From Halocafeteria seosinensis (taxonomy: Eukaryota), in contig LVLI01000101.1 in the NCBI GenBank assembly GCA_001687465.1, positions 62,001 through 126,000 of the forward strand: a stretch of DNA of 64,000 nt, written 5' to 3'. The notes below the pieces were generated by a model. That model worked only from the letters and a program-made list of their open reading frames with translations. It had not been told where the DNA came from and ran no database searches. Each line of letters begins with the position of its first letter. The first letter of the stretch is position 1. Shown piece after piece: positions 38,757-51,259 of this stretch. The translations under genes and the position numbers were made by a program.

Positions 38757-39650
38757 ATGACCGAGAATACGTCGGAGGAACTATCGTCCTGTTCATTTAC
38801 ATGGCCAGCCATCTCTGGAACCCCTACAAGGCTTTTTTCCCACCACTCCTCTTGCCAAGAGTTGACAGAGGTACTAGAGCAGGGGTGTAGCTCTGCGCAG
38901 TCACCGGCCATTCTAAAGCAGCCAGTAACCAGTGTGACGACGGAAGAGCCACCTACCAAATGTGAAGTTCTAGTGCAGTTTAAGAAGCATACAGTATGTT
39001 CATTGCAACAGATTGCGCTACGCAGTACAGCCCGGAATGCAGAGTTTTTCGTTACTTTTTGGGATGATGACGAAAAGGTGGAGTTGCCGTGGCGGTATTT
39101 AGCGACTACTTCTGCCAAGAGACTAGAAAATGCGAAGGTTGCTTTAGCCACGGATGAGAACCAGTCGCCCACGGAATTTCCGCTATATGCCGCTAGTCGG
39201 CAAATGCCAGCAGCCATTCAGGGCCGCAAAGTGAAGCAGATTAAAGTGCGACTGCTTTCCATCACTACGAAGAATATACTTGTTTTCGACAAGCTCGCTA
39301 TCGTCGCTCCGACACAACAGATAAACGAAGATAGCGAGGCCGAACAGTCGACACCCTCGTCGGAGCTACCTATGGCACAAATCTTTTCCCAATTGCTGCA
39401 ATCTTCAAGTAGTCGATCTAGTCCAACAGAACATCAAGCTGCCAACACGGAGAAGAAATCTGCTGCATCCTCATGTACACAGGAAACTATCCAAGGACAA
39501 ATACTTCAAGAGATGCGTCAAATGCGGCATGAGATGAACACTTCCCTGGCAAGGTTGCACAAACGCGTTGAGGTTATTGAGCAGTACCTCAAAGAGCAGT
39601 CAAGAGGCGATGATAATCATCCTAGGAGTTCTTCCGAAACGACGACATGA
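38757..39650 (+). CDS. C10orf88/PAAT-like protein
   Basis: IALRSTARNAEFF...YLATT and KVRLLS resemble the PAAT N-terminal domain, followed by a C-terminal coiled coil. Start codon uncertain. Confidence 0.6.
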   Translation: MTENTSEELSSCSFTWPAISGTPTRLFSHHSSCQELTEVLEQGCSSAQSPAILKQPVTSVTTEEPPTKCEVLVQFKKHTVCSLQQIALRSTARNAEFFVTFWDDDEKVELPWRYLATTSAKRLENAKVALATDENQSPTEFPLYAASRQMPAAIQGRKVKQIKVRLLSITTKNILVFDKLAIVAPTQQINEDSEAEQSTPSSELPMAQIFSQLLQSSSSRSSPTEHQAANTEKKSAASSCTQETIQGQILQEMRQMRHEMNTSLARLHKRVEVIEQYLKEQSRGDDNHPRSSSETTT

Positions 39651-39668
39651 TTGTCTGGCGGCAAACTC

Positions 39669-40931
39669 TTAGGTGTACATGGACGGATCCAATGAGCCGC
39701 CAAAGAGTCCATGCCAGGATGAAGGTGCTTGCCAAGTTTTCAAAATGTGTTGGATGTCGTCGTCGGCACTTAACGGTGAGCTTAGAAATCCTAGCAACAT
39801 TGCTGCCTTATTTGCGAAGGCGAACGCATCAAGTGTGTTATCTCCTTCGTTGATGAACCGTAAAAGGACTGTGCAAGATATACTCGAAGTGTCAAGAGCC
39901 TGACGACAAATTCTTGCAGAGTATCCCATGCCGCCCATGTCTGCAAATGTTTTGAAGGTCTGGATAACAGCGTCATCCGAGACAACATTTGCTGATCCTG
40001 ATGGCAACGTATCGCTACTATCCCCTTGAAACTGGTCCAAAAGAGCTCGCGCTGCAGCATCTGACACAGCCGCTGGTTCAAGATGAGGTATTGAACCAGT
40101 TGTCAGACGTTCCACCATTTTTGATTCTGACTTTTGGGTCTCGACCGGGAAATGTATGTACCGATAGGGAGGCCCTTGTAGTTGTTCATCATTGCGGTGT
40201 GCCGCGCTTGCCCCCGAAATCACTAGCAAATGGGTTACTCCTACGCTCTCCAACCACTGAAATAGCTCCGAGTAGTAGGAATTTTCGTATCCCTGCAGTG
40301 CCACATAAATATCTGGGTTTGGAGAGAGACTAGCTTGCAGTACTCGTGGTTGCATACTTCTATGATATGAGCCCGTTGCTGAATAACGAGTAGACGCTCC
40401 TCACCGGTCGAAATTTCGTATACTGTGTCAACAGCAATAAACATGAAAAATCATGGTCCAACGTTAGTACACGCGCTTTTCCGTTTGCTTACCATCTGCA
40501 CTAGTGCAAGGGGAGCTAAGTGCTTTGTGACTTGCTTTGGTGGGTGCTTCTTCGAATGGGTTATCCGCGAAGAATGCTTCAAGGTAATCACTATCCACCG
40601 GACCGATCAAGCGGACATTATTCGGTTCCTGGATCAAAACGGTATGTCATTCACAGTTGGGGTCTCCATAATGAGTGGGCAATATACACCAAGGTGACTC
40701 ACTTTTCGAAGATAAGTATTGAGTATCACATCCAGTGTCATCTGCCCCAAGTTCCCGATCGATATTCCTGGCTGCAAACGCACCGAATGAGAGGGAGATT
40801 ATTGCCATGAGTTCAGGATTTTAGAGGAGTCGCTCGTCACGTACCAGCACTGCTGTGTAGCCATGGAATTGAAAGGAAGTGGTTCCTGGGACGAAGTCCA
40901 ACTCGTTTCGAGCTGAAGCTGAAGTGGTCAT
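39669..40931 (-). CDS. PSMG2: Proteasome assembly chaperone 2
   Basis: Spliced N-terminus GYTAVLPGISIGNLGQMTLD, EGDNTLDA and C-terminal WQAPSSWHGLFG. Confidence 0.9.
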
Positions 40932-41275
40932 TGTTTGGTCTAATTTCTACCTCAATTAGCGAGAACTGGCTTCAGCTACTAAATATCGTTTAGTTGCCCG
41001 TCTATACCAGGGCTCTCCCACACAAATCGGCGGCTTAAAGAATGCTTGCCGAATCCAAGTGAATGAACACCTAACTGAAACAATTGTTTGCTGCTTAATT
41101 CTGCGAGCTACTAACGGCTGCAAAGTATCTATGATATACTCTTGTTTTTGACAGTATTGTAGTTCCTTATTCGGTCTCCACTGCAAGCTCGCTGAATTTG
41201 CCTATCTTTGGTCCACTTAAAACGGTGAGACGGAAAGGTGAAGTAGTGGTGGGAAATAAGGAAAACCGAGCAATC

Positions 41276-42636
41276 ATGGCGACCAATTCCACAGCAGGAT
41301 CGCCTCTTCCTCGCTATGACAGTCATCAGTTCAGGCCATCAAGGCATCCACAACAGGAGTCCAAAGTAGAGGATGCTGCACTGGGAAAATCCTTGAATTT
41401 GGAAGCGAAAAACGAGTACAACCCTGCTCAGCAGTACCTGTCACAGGCCTCGTCCCAGACTTCTCAGCAAGCTACAAGGAGGCATGAGGCTTCTTCCGGT
41501 TCCACAGACAATACCAAATCGCAAGAAGAGATCGAACACATGTTGAGTCATGGCATGACCACCATTCAAAGGGCCTGCAAGGAACTGGTATGTGGGTTTT
41601 CTAATGAGCGTACTTGAGGGTGTGCAGGACTGAGAATTTGAAATGATGTATCTGCAGCAAAAGAGCAATAACGCACTCACTCAGGAGAATCGTGAGCTTA
41701 AAAACACATTAAGCAATTTTCACAATCAACATATGCAAGTTGTCAATGGTTTGAAATCCAAAAACTCTGAACTTCTTTCTGAGAACGAAGAACTATCGAA
41801 TCAGGTAGCACAATTACGACAACAAATTAGCAGACTCAAACGGTAGGTAGAACGCTTCAGTACTTGTTCGACACACCGATCAGGGGAGCTGTTGTGACTA
41901 TTTTCATTCTTTCATTTTCAGCTACGAATCGGAAAATCTGTTTCACTCTGCATCAGCCTTTATGGACAAAGGGACGGGTAATGCTGCTGCAGAGTCGAAG
42001 GGAGGGGATGAAGGCGTTCCTCCCAGGCATGTACTAAGCGCCAATGATACTGATAGGAGAAATTATTCTCGAACAACGGCACCGCAGGGGAACCAAATGA
42101 ATTTTAGCTATCACACAGATACAAAGGTCTCGGAAGCAAGTAAACATGGTATGGGTGAAGCTCCTCACTCTCCAGGATCTCATTCGTACCACTCTAACTA
42201 TCAGCAAGGCGCTAATGGTCACGGAGCCAACTCGGGTTTTGACTTGGCTCGGCATAGTCCCGGATCCCTCTCTCGTCAAGGAGAGAGAAGGTCGTCGAAT
42301 AGGGGATCTGGCTCTGGAGAGACTAGCTCGTATAATGCGTCGAGTATCTTCCAGTACGTATCTGGTCATGTCACACTGTCTGTCTTACGTACTTCATTGA
42401 GCTCTTGACTTCTACGACGCAGAAGCCTTAAGAAACGCATCCCTGAAGACAGGTTAGAGGTATTAATGAATAATCTCTCCAGATTTAACAGAGGAGAGTT
42501 GGACTATGACAGTGTTGTGACCAGAGCAGAAGTAATACTGTGCACACCCGAAGGCGGGAGCACCCAAGAATCTGACGCCAACAAGGATCTTTTCAATCTA
42601 TTTTGCCAGTTTCTCTCGAGTGATCAAAGGCGATGA
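41276..42636 (+). CDS. Coiled-coil protein with a C-terminal small helical domain (At4g15545/NAIP-like or PAH-like)
   Basis: Three introns, a heptad region, and a C-terminus IFQSLKKRIPEDRLEVLMNNLSRFN...RAEVIL...NKDLFNLFCQFL. Confidence 0.55.
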
Positions 42637-43389
42637 AATTCCACGAAATGTGTATCTGCCTTTGTCGTCTGTACTAGAACCGTGCAGTATTGTGCCTAGC
42701 CATTTGATTGCGAGGGGAACACAAATTCCTCGCCACCCATTCCACATGAGTCATTCCTCGCTTTTGCTTTCGTCCAAGAGTACCCGATAGGGTTTCCTCG
42801 ACCCATCTGTGATGCTTTTGCTCTACAGTCAATCCACTGCGCCTGCCAATTGAGTAACCAATGGAGACTGTTTGTATCGCTTCTCCTTTCGCAATCGGAG
42901 GTCGTACGGACGACTCACTGTGTTTTCCAACCGAAGAATACACCTCGAACTAGTCATTCGTCCGCGAAATTCTAGAACAATGAAAATGAGTGAATTTGAT
43001 CCTCTATTGACTGGGAGTGTGTATGAGTAGATAGTGTCCGCCTAGTGCATATTTTGCGCTGCGCATCATTCTATTTTGCTCCGAAAGAGAACCTGTGTAG
43101 TTTCCAATTAACCCCGTAGGCTTCCTCGCCAAGGAACACGTTCTCGGCTCTCCATGAGCAAGTATCGCGCCCCTCAGTACTTTTTCTAATGCTGTTCTTT
43201 TCCTACGATAACACTTGGAAGGAGACGTCGACCTGTAGGTGCCTTTAAGGGTTAAAGTGCATCGTGGAAAGGCAGAAAAAAGGTGAGAACTTCGTTGGAA
43301 TCTGCAACACATGCTCCTCGTTCTTGCGCAAATCTAGTAGTAGAACTGTGCTTATTAACTTGGTGTTGTTTGCCGCAGATAAAAGCACA

Positions 43390-44694
43390 ATGGCGACGGG
43401 AGTTATAGAACACAATAGGGAACCGCATGCTTCAACCGAGGAAGTCGGATTGCTCACCGATGTCGCTACCCCTTTTTACAACAGTCTCAGGGTTCACGGA
43501 AAACTTGATAGCTCTCCCATGGAACTGAAGTTTACCATTGCTCAACCATTTAGGGAGGCGATAGACAAGCAAATCGATGCATTCCAAAGGTCTCGACAGG
43601 TCACAACTTCGGAGGCTGTGGACGCGATTCTACGAGGGTTCGTACATATTGAGCCCGTCTACTACGATGGCACACAACCTTTCATCTTCTGTCCTGAAAC
43701 TATTCCCCATGAGAAAAACGTGGAGGCACCGCGACTGATGTTTGAATGGTTCTACGATGGGAACCGAAACGTACGCTCACTTTCAGTCTTCGTACAACGG
43801 AATATGCCACTGTCCACGAACCACAGAGGTGCACGATTCCGTCTGGGTATTATTGTGGATTTTAGCAAAATTGGTGGGTCAGTAAATGTATTATACACAA
43901 GCTCCTTCGAAGTACTGGCAAAGCAAGGTCCCAGTAATAAAAGGAAGCAGCTGTATTGGCCGGAGTATGAACCTGTGGAGCACCACCGAGCATTTCGTTT
44001 AAAGCAGATAGAGCGCTTCTTGGCAGACCACAAGGACGAACTATACAAGAATCCTGGTGTACATTCGTTTAATACTTCGGCAGAACGCCTAAATGAGCAG
44101 GGAGAGCAGCGGGGGGAATCGCAGCACCGGCCCGATGATTTCCTTGGGAAGCAGTACTGGCACATTACTCAAGGAGGCCAAAATAAGCGGCAGAAGGCGC
44201 TACACAATAGCGTTGCTGTACAAACTGACGAGTGTGGCATCAACAGAAATCACTTCGAGACCTTCGGATTCAGGGGACAAGGAAGCAGCAGCAGTGAAGA
44301 CTTCATTCCCGGTGGTCCACAGCAAGAGTCTTCTCATGAGGACTCAGTACTGTCAGAAGCAATGAGTAGTTATAACGCTTGGACTTCTCCAAAGGATTTT
44401 CCGGAGGGGAATGATGGTCGTTCCTTTGGCCTAAATTTGGCTGCTCCGCAGTTCACCGACATTACCTCTGGTTCCGATACGCAAACCCAAACCCCACAAA
44501 GCTCAAATGAGGGGAAAGGGATGGAGCCAACGTTTACGCTTTCCGACAAACCTGGGAGAGTAGGGGCGTCAAGTCGGATGTTCTCTCCATCGTTCGGAAA
44601 CGGACTATCGCATGAGCCTACAGAGGCCGATTCAGCCGCTACCCCGTCCCATTCTGAGTCCAGCATGGAGGAAATGGACTTTAACAGACGATGA
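43390..44694 (+). CDS. Putative transcription factor with an Ig-like/p53-like DNA-binding domain
   Basis: Intronless ORF with a beta-rich domain ending LSTNHRGARFRLGIIV...TSSFEVLAK, a basic NKRK, then an S/T/Q/acidic disordered tail. Confidence 0.5.
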   Translation: MATGVIEHNREPHASTEEVGLLTDVATPFYNSLRVHGKLDSSPMELKFTIAQPFREAIDKQIDAFQRSRQVTTSEAVDAILRGFVHIEPVYYDGTQPFIFCPETIPHEKNVEAPRLMFEWFYDGNRNVRSLSVFVQRNMPLSTNHRGARFRLGIIVDFSKIGGSVNVLYTSSFEVLAKQGPSNKRKQLYWPEYEPVEHHRAFRLKQIERFLADHKDELYKNPGVHSFNTSAERLNEQGEQRGESQHRPDDFLGKQYWHITQGGQNKRQKALHNSVAVQTDECGINRNHFETFGFRGQGSSSSEDFIPGGPQQESSHEDSVLSEAMSSYNAWTSPKDFPEGNDGRSFGLNLAAPQFTDITSGSDTQTQTPQSSNEGKGMEPTFTLSDKPGRVGASSRMFSPSFGNGLSHEPTEADSAATPSHSESSMEEMDFNRR

Positions 44695-44711
44695 TATTTG
44701 AATGATCACTC

Positions 44712-45724
44712 TTAAGAGATGACACAGTTATTTAAACCGCCCCCCGTGTTGCCATGGGCATTTTGAATGTGAGTCCCTAGTTCTTGCCTGCTTCTGTATA
44801 TCCGGCTACAATGAGGACAAGAGTAACTACCGGTATTACTTTGTGCGTTTCCAAAATGTTCCCGTTCGACGTGATTAATCAGTTCAATTGGAGTAGAAAA
44901 TTTTCTGGAACAATGGGGACACTGCTCCTCTCTTGCTTCGTCGTCGCGATTAGTTCTCTGTGTGCTGTGTTGGGGGGCACGCCGATGCGAAGTCTGCTTT
45001 AGTTCTTCTCTCAAATTGAAATTCTTGATTTTGCCAGTGTTATTGCGCTGATTTTTCCTGTTACTGTTCCGGTTATTTCTCGATCCAGTTGACGAAGACG
45101 ACGCAGATCCCGTTGAATTTCCAGTTAGTCTATCTAGCCAACCCGTTTGATTCTGCCGTCTTCGTTCCATACAGTTATGGGCATCGGCATACCGATGCCT
45201 GTTGATTAAAACCATCAGTTTAACAACGAGAATACGAACTTGCTTTAAAGCCATGACAAGACAGAATAAACACAAAAATAGCACCACTTACGTCAAGCAC
45301 AAATTGCTTCCACAGGTTTGACAGACAGTCTTATTCGTAAGGTTCAATTTTTCATGGCATACGGCACATTTCAGTTTCTTCTTCTTCTTCTTTTCCTGAT
45401 ACGCTTCTGGGTTACAGTCGGTGGAACTATGACGCTCGAACGTGATATTCGGGTCCTCTCCGTCAATCAATTCTATGGAACCCAAACATAGAGGGCATTG
45501 AATCACTTCCCGGTCTCCCTTCTTCGCATCAGGGCATTCGTGCGCCGCGTAGCTACGATGATTCAGGCAGTATTTCCCCCCGCAACGATCACATTCGAAC
45601 GGCAAAAAATCTGCAAAGCCAATCTGCAAGTCAGATGCTCGCAATTCGGCTTGTTTGTCCTGTATTTACCTTTCTGATGGCATGAGGAGACCCCACAATG
45701 CTCTCCCAAGTCGGCAAATTCCAT
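44712..45724 (-). CDS. AN1 zinc-finger protein (ZFAND2/AIRAP-like) with two C2H2 fingers
   Basis: MEFADLGEHC...DFLPFECDRC...HRSYAAHEC, a second AN1, then CPHC...H...H twice. Two introns. Confidence 0.9.
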
Positions 45725-45985
45725 CCCACGTGAGCAAGACTACAGCTTCCCCACTATCTGATACAACCGTTGACAATACTGCTACTACCAAAGTAAGTAA
45801 GTAAGCGTCAGATCAATACACAGGAAAGTGATAATTCTACCACTAGACGACCAGAAAAATAAAGATTGACGGTAATCGCGGTTCCGCCACACCTTGGAAC
45901 TATCAAGTCGGAAAACCCAGCAAGCGGTATTACCATGGTCATTTTTGTTGATATTGTGTATTTTCTATCGTCGACCAACTGCCGA

Positions 45986-48211
45986 CTATGTGGCCGCAAT
46001 CGCTTCAGCCATACGTATTTCATTCTGTTGATTCCCGGACTCACTCGTTTTCACCGACATGCGGTGATTTATGCCATGGTCTCGAGGCGTAATGGGTTTG
46101 CCTGACTGATTGGATTGGACCAAATGGCGTTTACTTCTTGGACTTGCCCCTGCAGACTTCAATTGAGCATTGGGTCGTTTGGGTAGATTAAATCGTGGAA
46201 CCCGCGGTTTACTCGAACTGCTTGCATTTCCGCGTTGTTGGTTTGGCCCTTCATAGCTCTTGGTTCCGCCAGCACTCTTTAGCATGTCCATTCCTGTCAC
46301 CCTCGAAGGTTCGGAAGGCCTGTTTTGATTTATACCAGAGCCAGCGGCGCTCTGGTTTGACTGTCTAAGCATCCATCGCCTAACTTGGATACCTAGACCC
46401 TTGGAATCCCGATTGTCTTCGGCCCGTTGCTTCACCTCGTGAATACATGGCAGTTCATGCCGTCTACGATTGTGTTCTTGCTTTGTGAAAATCCTACGCA
46501 AGTAGTTACTCTCCGTCTTCTTTGTGCTTGGGACGCTGGGGTGAACAGACATACCAGGGTAATTTTCTTTTTTGAGTTCCCAGGGTCTCAGCGATGCTTC
46601 GTCGTCAGTAATTACCGCGGAGGGAATGCCCGCTGAGTCCCCAAAGTGTGTCGTTACTGGGACTGTCGTCGAGCCTGAAGCCGAGGACGCGCGATACCCA
46701 GGTTCGGGTTGCACCGTTCGACTGATCACAGTGCTTGCAGCAGACATCGTCACCGAGGCGTGGGTAGTTTGATTGCTAGAGCAAGCTTCAACCGTCGTCC
46801 TTGTTGCACTGTCTTGGGCCCCTGTAGAGGAGGTACTCGTGCTTAGTTCCGAAGCAAACGGGAAGATAAGGTCAGAACCCGAAGGAGTGCTGCTGACGAC
46901 ACTCTTGGGTGCTAGATGTTTAGCTTGAGGACTCAGAGGTTGAATGTGCCAGGATGAAAACTGCTCGCATGGCGTTGTAGAGGATCTTTTAGCGATAGAA
47001 GTCCCAATCTCGACTACGGCTACCTTAGGAGAGGCTGGAGAGGCGGAAGTAGATCTGTAGTCCGTCTCATTTTGGGAAACCATTGGGTTGCTACTGGGCC
47101 CCACGATATTGTTATAGGTAAAGAAAGATCCACGGGTGGTTTCAGAAGTTTCGTCAACACTAGTTACCTCCTCTGGCGTAACGGCAACTTCGTTGGGTTC
47201 TGGGGCACTAGATTCCGTTGAGCTCTTGGTTGCTTCATTCTCTGGATTTTTCGGGGTTATTTGTAGCATTGGTTTGTTGTCTGGTCCCTCGTTATTTTCT
47301 GAATCGTCGCGTGCTTTTATCGCTACTGATTTCTTCGACTTCTTTTCAGGACTGAGTGACAAGCGCTTGAGTATGCGAGTAACTTGCTCTCGCTGATCGC
47401 GGGTCTGGGGTGAAGGTACCTGAAGAGTGCCGTCACGTAGATCATGAAGCGTTTGTACCCACCACATGGCATCTGTAGCAGACACTCCGTATACGATGCC
47501 GAGTATCAAAGAAGCTACTACTCCTGAGCGACCATGACCACCCCTGGTAGCAATAGGCAATAAAACAGTGTCTGGTAACTCGCCATACTTCGTTTCAAGG
47601 TGTCATTAGCCAATACTTACCAACAATGTACATACAAAACTTCCCCTTTGCACATGCGGCTGACGAGGTCCCTGGCTAATTCGACCATTTTGGAATCACA
47701 AACTGTCGAACAGTCGACTATCGGAAAATGGACAAACCCAATCTCACTCGGCCTTCCTTTGGGAAAATACGACTGGGGAAGCATGGTCAACAGTCTCTTA
47801 GCGTCCACAATGTATGGTCTGCAAAACAAAGACACACCCAAAGTAGGAGGCACAGGATTAAATCAAAAACTGTACGAGTTCGTACCTCAATCTCTGTCCA
47901 GATCTCCATTGTGCTTCGTCCACATGACTGTCGTGATACTCCTGCTGAAGGCAAACGAACGTTGTTACCCCACAGTGTAAAATTGAAGCCAGTGTAAAGT
48001 CGTTCTCTTCATCATCTATATATCCTGGATAGGCTCCGACCATTAACTGGTCTGGAATAACCCAGTTGCTTTCTGTCGTCGGCCCAGCGAATCCCTGTTG
48101 TGTAACAGTTCTTGGATTCGGTAGTGGCGAGAACAACTTTTTATATTTGGAAACCGGCGGGGTTTCCCTTTGAGCGACACTCCTTTTGAAAGGTTGATTC
48201 CAGCTCCCCAT
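45986..48211 (-). CDS. Dual-specificity/tyrosine protein phosphatase with a long disordered tail
   Basis: Spliced CX5R loop YVHCWGGHGRSG, SNWVIP...GAYP, FPIVD and PQTRDQ. 5' end uncertain. Confidence 0.85.
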
Positions 48212-49020
48212 TTCATGCAGTGGTACGCATAAACAGCCGGATTCCCTTCTGCCCTGGCGTTTCCCTGTGTCGCAGTGAGGCTGCGAGAGTGTCCGTTATC
48301 GTAGCCAGCGATTCCGAAGCGAGAAGAAGGGGATCCCAACCCTCTTTCCTCTCGCCCTACCTGTCCCGACGAGCACAATCAAGCAGAAGCCACCTGTCAG
48401 GAGGCTGTGCAAGACCACGAGTTACTTGGAGCCGAGATTCACCTCGCGCGCTGGCTTTTTTTTTTTGTTTCTGATATGGCGCGGCAAAGAGCCCCGCTCT
48501 GATAAAGCAGGAGGCCACTTCTACAGCTCTAAACCCCTTTATATCAGTAATTCACTGCCTCTCTTTATCCATACGGTTGTATCGCTACTGACAGTATCCC
48601 AGGGAAACCAATACAACCACACACAGCCAATGCGAGCAAATGTTGAACTAGTGTTCCTCGGCAGGCCGAGGTCGCTGGGGGACTGGTCCACTGGACGATC
48701 GCAGCTTGCGGGAGATAAAGAGAAGAAGCTCCGGAGGTTGAAGAACCAAATCCAGACGCATTTCGTGGGCCTCCTGCAGATTGTTGGTATACGTACCCCC
48801 TGCCGTTTCCTTGCACAGTGCATGTGTGCACACAGTGATGGAGGGAGAGGAAGTACTGGTATCGAATTGAATTGGTCTGGTCTTCCAGGATGCTCGGAAG
48901 TTGTGGAGCTCTATATTTATTGACCACATTTACTAGATAGTGATGCTGCTTCCACTGTGTTGTATATTGGACTCAACGGGAGCTGTTAAAGTGCGTGATT
49001 AAGTCCATACAGCACACAAA

Positions 49021-51014
49021 ATGAGCGGCAAAAGCGGCGAAGCGGATTATTCCAGTCAGAGAAACGGGGTCCATCGTCGATCCATGTCAAGGAGGAAGGA
49101 GGGAGCTAAGACCTCAAGCAGTGATCATGAAGGCCCCACTGACGTCGAACCTTCCAGCCAAGGCCAAATGGAGAAGCAGGGTGGGATAAGCCAGTATATG
49201 GATCTTGACAATCTGGATATGCTTCGTTCAGTACTCTGTCTGTGGATCTTGCTGTTTCACAGTCTCTGTTTTATCGCGAGCCAGATGACCGATGCTGAGG
49301 CTCACAGGATATCTATAGTAAGTTCTGTCTTGCGATTGTGCCCGTGTAGTAGCAACCAGTGAGTCGTGCGATTCTGCAGGGGCTGGCTTACGGAGGCTAC
49401 ATAGCGGTGGATGGATTTCTTGTACTCACGGGGTTTCTAGTCAGTTTGCCATACGTCAAGCTGAATTCGAAAATCAGCATGACAGGAAAATCAGTATACG
49501 AAAAGTTTCAGTTCGTCGCGGAGCATCACTACAAACGTTTCGTCCGTATCGTCCCGCCCTTAGCAGCTGCAGTTCTGTTACACTGCTATCTGGTCTTCCC
49601 TGGTGGTACTCAAGAACTGGTTCGGCAACGTCAACTCTCCGGTCATATAACAATGCGTCAACTTGTGAAAGCCGATCCTTCGTCAGTACTTGGGAGCAAT
49701 TGTGAGAATGCTTGGGGCGCGTTCTTCTTCGTTAACCATCTCCAATTATACGGGGGAACACTTATGCACTTGTGGAGTTTGGCTGTGCAGTATCACTTTT
49801 ATTTGCTACTGCCAATTGTGCACGTGCTATTTGATCTGTCATATGGGAAACGCTTTCTTTATGTAACACTGATGTCTACAATAGTCGGGTTGACGTTTCG
49901 CGCTATTACTTTACTTTACTTTCATTCACTTCCAGTGAACAGCATCATGCAGAGTTTACTGAATTTCCATGTATACTCATTCACTCTCAATAGGATACAC
50001 TCAATTTGGATCGGAGGTCTAGCTGCGTGGATAATCGAGCGATACCCTGGCGCCGTTCAATGGCTAAGAGAGAACTCTCCAGGAACTAAACTAGTCCAGC
50101 TGGTACTCTTAGCTTTCGGCTCGACTTACGTGATTTGGAACTGTTTTGCTAACGAAATCGGAGTTCCGAAAAGTCTGTCTTACAGTTTGTTCCTTCACGT
50201 TGGTTCTGCAGGGAGCGCTCTTGTATGGTGCTACAGTATATACTTAATAGGTTCGCGGGGAAGAAGCGGTGCATGGGTACCGGAAATATTCAGTACTTTT
50301 GGCGATCATTTGTATAAACAAAAGTTATGGAAGAAGCTGGCTCAGCTTTCTTACATAATTTTCCTGATCCATCCGACCTTCTTTATGCGTCTGTATAGCG
50401 ATCCTTCACTGCTAATGCCTCCGTCGAAACAAGACGTCCCTACTCCTGTGGTCATTTTACGAGATGGAGTCTCCACGTCAACCAGTGTGTTCAATTCACT
50501 ACAAGGAGGGAATCACAGCGACGATACCGCTTTGGATATAGAACGAAGTCTATCAGAGCTCAAGACAGGCTTTTCCAAATCCGCAACTGCCTTTTTGGAC
50601 GATGATGAATGGGAGGCGTTCCAGGATAGGACGTTTGCGAACACTACCAGGTCTACCTGGAAGATGATTAGCCGTCTAGAACCCGCCACAAATTACCAAG
50701 GCCCTGTAATTCCGGGGACTGCAGGAATTTCACGAATGCAGTTCTTGCTCTACACCGGGATGGCGTTCATTGTCATTGTCATAATCAGTGAAACTCTCCG
50801 TCGGTACGTTGTGGACCCCATCACGAAGGTACTGCTTTCATCTAAGACACTAAAGAGTGTCATGACATATGCGGTTGTTTTACACTCACTCGCTTGTATA
50901 GGACTGTCAATTATGTGGCACGGAGGGTGGATCTGGATGGTGGCTCAGTATCTCACTCCAGAACTGGAAGCAGCCCATTCTGTCGGCCAGCATATGGCGT
51001 ATGTGCGATGGTAA
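49021..51014 (+). CDS. Acyltransferase-3 (OafA/NRF-6-like) multi-pass membrane O-acyltransferase
   Basis: LDMLR...FH, VDGFLVLTGFL, KRFVRIVP, HLWSLAVQYHFY and SYIIFLIH. Intron 49318-49379. Confidence 0.9.
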
Positions 51015-51259
51015 CCACGAGGAGATCTTGCACCTCCCGTGTAAAAGGGACAAATATCTCAGTACGTGCCACACTAGGAACTTCGAGTCCAGTGTCTAAG
51101 ACTGTGTCTTGTGGGCGTTGCTTGTCTGGATGGAATCCTTCACAGGTCACGACGACACGGCGGTTATACAGTAGTTGCGATTACCCAAGACGAAGCGGAT
51201 TGCCAGCTCGATGTTTTGTTTTCGTTTTAGATGTTCCAAAGCACATAGTAGTACCAGCA

